Below the pieces are notes generated by a model. That model ran no database searches. It was not told the origin of the DNA and was given only the letters and a program-made list of their open reading frames with translations. 64,000 bases of DNA from Octopus vulgaris (lineage: Eukaryota): contig OX597816.1 of the NCBI GenBank assembly GCA_951406725.2, positions 33,170,001-33,234,000 of the forward strand, in the 5' to 3' direction. Positions 56,173 through 64,000 of the stretch are shown here, one piece after another. The stretch's first letter is position 1. Each line of letters begins with the position of its first letter. A program made the translations under genes and the position numbers.

Positions 56173-56974
56173 AATATGCAAATTTACAAACATGCATTCA
56201 ATAAGCACATAATCACCTTCTGTAAGTAGTATATATATTTTTGGTACAACATGGTTTTCTCTCTCTTTGACCTTCTCCTTTTCACTCTTTCTTCTTCTCA
56301 TTGTGTATATGTCTGTGTGTGTGTGTTTGGGTGTGTGTGTATTCATTTATTTATCTATTTATTTATTTATCTCTATATAAGTAGCTAGTTAGAAAATCTC
56401 TATAGAAGATGAAAGTAGTTCCTATACTAAAAAGTAAAGTTTATCACCTTGAACAGAAATACTGATGCGGCAATAAACAATACTTCTTATTTATCTATAT
56501 CTATGCTTATATATTTGTCTCTGCAGGACACAAACCATACCTATATCTATTCAACAGATATTTAGTCATAGAAAATATTGCCATAAATTTGTCACACAAA
56601 AAGAAATAGCATTAAGTTTAAATACTATAAATCATGGTTAAAGTAATTCAACAAATAATATTCATCGTCACTTATTAAAAGGAATATGTAATGATTACAT
56701 CTTGTATATGGACAAAATCTATAAAAATGTGAAATGAAATGATGAAGCAAAATGTAAAAAAAAAATTAAGCTACTGATTTATTGAGGTTTAGCCCTTGAG
56801 TTTTTTTGCTCATTTTCTCTATTTCACAATGTGCATGAATGTAATTAAACCTACTCATGCAAATTTATTTACAATATATATATATATATATACACATATA
56901 TATATATATGTGGGTGTGTGTGTATGTGTGTGTATGCATGTATTACATGTATACATATATATTAAATGTATATA

Positions 56975-57022
<48 letters not shown>

Positions 57023-57107
57023 CATAAATGTGTGTGTATATGCATATATATTCAGTGAATAAATATATATATATGTATATACACGCACACACTATATATA
57101 TTTAGTA

Positions 57108-57139
<32 letters not shown>

Positions 57140-57194
57140 CGTAGCTCATAGCAAACATGTAAATCATTTGCATATTGCATATGTGCTGTATCCG

Positions 57195-57477
57195 TTCGTG
57201 TCCGTTGCCAGCCTCGCCTGGACCCATGCCGGTGACACGTAAAAGCACCATCCATTCATGGCCGTTTGCCAGCTCTGTCTGGCACCTGTGCAGGTGGCAC
57301 GTAAAAAGCACCCACTACACTCACGGAGTGGTTGGCGTTAGGAAGGGCATCCAGCCGTAGAAACACTGCCAGATCTGACTGGGCCTGATGAAGCCTTCCA
57401 GCTTCACAGACCCCAGTTGAACCGTCCAACCCATGCTAGCATGGAGAACGGACGCTAAATGATGATGATGATGATGA
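57195..57477 (+). mobile_element. Family C / RTE 3' UTR end with two ~62-bp subunits
   Basis: ccgttgccagcctcgcctgg..cacgtaaaagcacc twice, then the RTE tail and (tga)n. Confidence 0.9.
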
Positions 57478-57526
57478 CTACAATTATTAGATTATTACTA
57501 CAAAGAATGTTACCAAGGAGGACATC

Positions 57527-57609
57527 ATCCTGATGAAAGGGACATTGAATATATGGAGTATTTAATTTTTAACTATGACCAGTCATGTACCCCTGAAACA
57601 GCTGTAGAT
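57527..57609 (+). ncRNA. Minimal type I hammerhead ribozyme (Penelope-type)
   Basis: atc-CTGATGA-aagggacat...atgtacccct-GAAA-c agct g-TA-gat. Intact core, 3-bp stem I, palindromic stem III, imperfect stem II. Confidence 0.7.
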
Positions 57610-57759
57610 AGAACACCCTCCTATTTTTGGATCCTATTTCATCTATGTTTTTCTAACCTTTGATATCTAGCATTATTTCTATCCTATATTCTGTATGTAT
57701 AAGTGATTTGTATGCAATTTCGGCAGTTGATATTTTAAAGGATAACATTTTTATTTCTA

Positions 57760-57888
57760 CAGGGTAAATCAAAAGTCACCATACATAGGAAAACTTTATC
57801 TTTTTATAAGAAACTGTTAAATAAAAAAAAACTGTTTCTTATAAAAAAATAAATTGTTCTTATATATAGTGGCTTTTGAAGCACTCTG
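57760..57888. mobile_element. Tc1/mariner-type MITE, almost entirely palindromic
   Basis: ta|cagggtaaatcaaaagtcacc ... agtggcttttgaagcactctg|ta, TA TSD. Confidence 0.8.
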
Positions 57889-58264
57889 TATATTTTATTT
57901 ATTAACCTCTTATTTTTTCTGCACCTCCTATATTTATCACGCATAACTCCTTACATGCAAATATTATTTATATGTAAACTTATAAGTGTTTTTATATATC
58001 TTTATATTTTTTCTATATTTTTATGCATGTTTAGTTTTATTCTTTATACACTTGGAGAATCTTTACGCCTATGCATGCATGATTGCTGTTGATATGTATA
58101 AATATATATGGTTCAACTATTTTGATTGAATATTTTCATATATTTGCTCAGGAATCTGTTTGACTGCCAATGATTTGTGTTTTCAATTTTCCCTACTCTG
58201 TATTTTTTTGCATTGGCTCTCTATGAGCATTCCATAAGTAGACTATACATTTTAAAACATACTT

Positions 58265-58805
<541 letters not shown>

Positions 58806-59370
58806 CAGTACATCGCAAATTTTTTTGGATAACATATGTAAATTTATATTGCAGACTCCTCAGTATATTTTTGTTTCAGCAAGCGATAGGTATTTATCAT
58901 TTTCAGATTTTAATTATTTCTGTGGGATGTTTTGGAACATAACACCCACGATAATGAAGGGATTACTGCGTGTGTGTGTGTGTGTATAAATATATAAATC
59001 TGTAGTTAAATATATTCAATGAGACTATTATAAACTGAATTAATATTGTGTGCTCTATTGTATCAAAGTATTAATGCTATTAAAGTATTTATATATTTAA
59101 TATCAGCGATTATAAATAATTTATAATATATTATTATTAATATCAGGAAATCAATATTAGAAAATTCTTAAGAAAGACACATACGTGTGTAAAATAATAG
59201 TTGTATTATAATTATAGATATATATAAATATATATAAATATGTAAAGTATAAATATATAATAATAAATATGATAGTTTAAAAGTTTTGAATTAAGTTTGT
59301 AAAGCATAGTTTCGCAGAAATTATAAAAATTTCACATATATTTTCATATGTAATTTTATTTTACAATATT

Positions 59371-60000
59371 TAAGTCTATTAACTATATTTGAAATACAGG
59401 ACAATATAATGGATTTATACTTAATTATTATGGATTACGACAGAAGACTTACCAAGGAGGCATATATGAATCTCAAGATTCTCATACTAAAGTGTACTTA
59501 CCAAAAATCAAAAGCAGTAATTTTTAATTTTTAATGTATATTTCAAACAAAAACTATGTTCCCATAATACTTCATACTTTAAAAAAAAAACTACCATTTG
59601 TTAAATTATACAAATTTCATATTTGATATTTCTGAGGAGCAGAAGAGTTATCTATAAATACTTATCAATATAGGATTCTATTTTTCTATATTATCTAAGT
59701 CTATGAACTATATTTGGAATACAGGACAATATAATGGATATTACATATAACTATTATGGATAATTACAGAAGACTTACCAAGGAAGCATATATGGATTTA
59801 AAGACTCTCATACTAAAGTGTACTTATCAAAAATCAAATGCATTAATTTTTAATTTATATTTTATATTTCAAACAAACACAATTTTCCCATATTACTTCA
59901 TGTTTAAAACACTACCATTCGATAAATTATACAAATTTCACATTTTATATCTCTGAAGTGCAGAAGAGTTGTCTATAAATGCTTATGAATATAGGATTCC
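59371..60000 (+). repeat. ~325-bp tandem duplication
   Basis: taagtctat.aactatattt..aatacaggacaatataatgga at 59371 and 59696, colinear through ataggattc. Confidence 0.88.
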
Positions 60001-60119
60001 ATTATAGGGACAGAACTTCTGTGAAACAATCATAAGATGGTTTAGAAACTTAATTCGAAACTTTTAAACTATTATATCTATTATTATATATTTATAATAT
60101 TTATACTTATACATATTTA

Positions 60120-60505
60120 CCTCAGTAATTTTTTTAAGCCTGGTACATATTCTATCTGTCTCTTTTTACCAAACCACTAAGTTATGGGCATGGAATAAAA
60201 CCAACACTGGTTCTCAAGCAGTGGTGGAGAGCACAACAAAGAGACATCCATGCACACATACATACATAAATGTATGCATATGTACATACATTACATCCAT
60301 CCATACTTACATGTATATGTATATACACAAACACACACACATGCACACAATGCGCTTCTTTCAGTTTCTATCACCAAATCCATCCATGAGGCTTTGTTAT
60401 GCTTATGGCTGTAGTTGAATAGACTTGCATAGTTGCTGTATTGTGGGACTGAACCCAAAGCCATGTGGTTGGGAAGCAAAGTTCTAAACTGCACAGCCAT
60501 GCCTG
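60120..60505 (-). mobile_element. SINE family A, decayed
   Basis: gtgggactgaaccca..catgtggttgggaagcaa..cacagccatgcctg. Confidence 0.78.
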
Positions 60506-60950
60506 AATAATGTTGTTGATAATAATTATTATTATTGGGTTGAGGAGGATGGTGATGGCTATAATATTAATGTTGACTTCTTGCTTAGCAATCCAAAACT
60601 ACAAATTTCAATGAAATGTAATAGTGCTGGTTATATATATATATATATAAGTTCCAGATGAGCAGTGGATAGCTGATTTCATAGATTCCACTGCTTTACT
60701 GTTATTTATATCTGTCATGGAATGGAAAGTGGAAATAAAGGAAGCAAGTCAAAGACAGTCACCATTCTAGAAGAAGTTAATGGAAAAGAAATATCGCATT
60801 TCATTTAAATATCATAAATTATATCTAAAATAATTAAACAATAAATATTCCACTAAGCATTTTGCATTGTGTGCTCATGATTCAACCAGACCACTGTCTT
60901 CTAATTATTATAATAGCAATGATGGTAATGATGGTAATTACGATTTTTAT

Positions 60951-61340
60951 AACAAACAATAACTCTGAGCACCTTTTCAAACTCCACCCATCTAACACCC
61001 ATGGACATATTTACAAAGTCAGAAAACAGCACAGCTCCCATGACTTTAGGAAACATTTTTTCACACTGAGAGTTGCTGAAGCATGGAACAGACTACTGGC
61101 ATCAGTTGTTAGTTGTCAGAGCACTGCATCCTTCAAAACGTCCATGCTTTCTGAGATTCGCCAACACTACACCTGATTTTCTCCCCTCCATACACATGCA
61201 AGCACATATCTGACTCATACATTGTTAAAAACTTTCCAGACATTTGTGCATTACTGCATATACTTTATATGCACTTTCTGACAAGTTGTGGTGCACCCAA
61301 GCACTGTATACAATAATTTCATTATTATTATTATTATTAT
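60951..61340 (+). mobile_element. CR1 LINE 3' end
   Basis: NTHGHIYKV..RKHFFTLRVAEAWNRL..VV..SFK, stop at 61176, UTR ending caataatttc(att)n. Confidence 0.85.
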
Positions 61341-61633
61341 ATAAAATCCTCCCTGCATTTTGGTTCATAAGATATACACTAATATATTGTATCTTAGTTT
61401 ATTAAGTTTTGAATGAATAATAGGCAAAGCTTATTTAATAATCACTAGAGTTATTTCTTAAATGCTATGTGGAGAAACTGTGCTTCTTTGCAGGTCCACA
61501 CCCTGGAACTTTACCAATCATCTAGAATTTAAGCTTAGTTGTGCTTATATTCACATGTTTTGAATATCGCTTTGAAAACACATCTAGCTAAACTAAGACT
61601 CTATGGCACTCTTCTTACAGTCACTAATGTCAT

Positions 61634-61674
<41 letters not shown>

Positions 61675-62754
61675 TGTGTGTGTGTTTGATGGAGTTGTAT
61701 ATGATTTGCATGACATTAACTAATGGTTCCTTACCATGGACATCCCAGGCTGAATACACTGGTTTAACCAACCAGGATCATCCTTCACTAATCAAGTTGT
61801 ATGAATCAGGATGTTGTTCTACTGGCTTTCCAAATGTTATGCATGATCATGAAGTGTTAGTCAAATTTTGTCAAATCTGAGCCAACAGCATCAGATGTTG
61901 AGAATTTGAACTTAGATGCAAATGGACTTAACCAAACACCAAAATAATTTTTTTTTTTTGGTTTCTTTTTTCCATCTTTCTCTACAAATTCAACCATAGT
62001 AATTGTCCTAGTCTTAATCCACTTAATAATATAAGAGATAATTTCTAATGTCTGTTCAGAAATCATCATGATTACTGTGATAATGAGGCTGATTTTTCTT
62101 GATTAAGCTGAAAAACCAATTACTTTCTAACGAGAATAAAAATAAATCTAAAGAACTATGATCTCTCTTAATTACTCGTCATCTCAGCATTTCGTTTATA
62201 TTTTAACTAAGACAGAAAGATGCAATGTAAATTGGACAGTGGTGGATTTTTTTTTGAACTAGAATAAATGAGACGATCATGCTTTGCCACAACAACAACG
62301 ACAACAACAATGAAGATGATGATTATATCAGTGGTGGTGGTAGTGGTGGTAAAGGTTGTGATGATAGTGATTATAGTAATGATGATGGTGGTAGAATGGT
62401 GATGATGATGCAGATTACAATAAAAATAATGAACATAACAACGATGATATGATGATGATGATGGTGATGTTGATGATGATGCACAATGATATTTCTGTGA
62501 GTTTTCATTCCTAGATTAATTATTAAAAAAAAATAAATAAATAGCATAGCAGTATGTTACATTAACTATTTCTGCAAGGCGCAAATGAAGCTCACCTATT
62601 TACTATTTACCAAGTTGACTTTCACTTGGTGTTACAAAAAAATAAAAAACCAGAATATAAATATTCAATGATAAAAGTTGGCAATCGGGCAATATATCAT
62701 CAACTCAGCAGTTGCAAATTTTTACTTTTTCATTGGTTTTATATATATATATAT

Positions 62755-62916
62755 ATGTGTGTGTGGTAAGTAGCTTGTTAACCAACCACATGGTTCCGGG
62801 TTCAGTCCCACTGTGTGGTATCTCGGGCAAGTGTCTTCTGCTATAGCCCCAGGCCGACCAATGCCTTGTGAGTGGATTTGGTAGACGGAAACTGAAAGAA
62901 GCCTGTCGTATATATG

Positions 62917-62968
<52 letters not shown>

Positions 62969-63920
62969 ATGTGTTTGTGTGTCTGTGCTGGCCCCCTAGC
63001 ATTGCTTGACAACTGATGCTGGTGTGTTTACGTCCCCGTCACTTAGCGGTTCGGCAAAAGAGACCGATAGAATAAGTCTTACAAAGAATAAGTCCCGGCA
63101 TGACTGTGTTAGAAGTTTGCTTCAAAAATACGTGGTCCTTGGTTTGGTCCTACTATCGAATCTTGACCCATGTCTTCTTTTGTAACCCCAGGCCGACCAA
63201 AACTTTATAAATGGATTTGGTAGGCAGAAACTGAAAGAAGCCCACTGTGTGTGCATATGTATATATAACAAAACACACACACACACACATATTAAATGCA
63301 GGTGTGGCTGTCTGGTAAAATGCCTGCTGCCCAACCAGTGGTTCCGAGTTCAGTCCCACTGTGTGGCTCTTTGGGCAAGTGTGTTCTACTATAGCTTCGG
63401 GCCTACCAAAGCATTGTGAGTGGATTTGGTTAATGAAAACTGAAAGAATCCCATCGCTTACATATGTATATGATGTGTGTGAGTCTTTGTGCTTGTGTTG
63501 TTCCCCCCACCACTGTTTGGCATCTGGAGCTGGTGCATCTGTGTCTTCATAACTTAGCGTTCAGCAAAACAGACTGATAGAGTAAGTACCAGACTTAACA
63601 AAATTTATTATTATTTGAGTCGATTCATTCAACTAAAAATTCAGAACGGTGCCCCATCATGACCACAGTAATGACTGAACAAATAAAAGAATAACAGAAT
63701 GAAAGAATATATATGTTTGTGTATGTATGTGTGCATATATGTCTTTTGTTGATTTGTTTACATCCCCATAAACAAACCGAGTTTTGTCTCCTCATAAGTG
63801 ACCAATTGACTAAGTACTAGGCTTAAAAGAACATAAGTGTAGTGGATTAATCCATTTCGCTAAAATCTTTCAAAATGGTGCACCATCATGGCAATTGTCT
63901 AAGGATTGAAAGAAGTAAAA
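62755..63920 (+). mobile_element. Cluster of four SINE A copies/fragments (62755-63098, 63165-63290, 63297-63700, 63750-63920)
   Basis: Repeated heads (tgtgtggtaagtagcttg, gtggctgtctggtaaaatg) and shared bodies. Confidence 0.85.
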
Positions 63921-64000
63921 AATATTAATGAATGAGAGAAATAGAAGAAATTATGAACTACATATGTTTCAAAAATGAATAGTCTGTATCATGCAACATT

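Overview
AT-rich, repeat-saturated eukaryotic DNA, not prokaryotic. The SINE families, microsatellite load and LINE types point to a coleoid cephalopod, most likely Octopus; this is inferred from repeat content only. I recognise no host gene (one weak candidate exon at 25017-25118), and most ORFs in the track are microsatellite or SINE artefacts. The window holds: two abundant tRNA-derived SINE families, one with a Meta/MESC-like core; three copies of an RTE-clade LINE family, two of which retain an RT with an inserted PHD-type zinc finger and whose 3' UTR is a higher-order array of hairpin subunits; a young Penelope-like (Neptune-type, GIY-YIG) insertion with ~570-bp near-perfect inverted repeats; several minimal hammerhead-ribozyme motifs in Penelope-derived remnants, best at 57527-57609; five mariner fossils; two CR1 tails; and several MITEs. 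The most notable observations are the PHD-RT/array-UTR RTE family, the hammerhead-bearing inverted repeats, a MITE whose TIR contains its own target site, and local templated duplications. All alignments and folds were done by eye, so boundaries are approximate.
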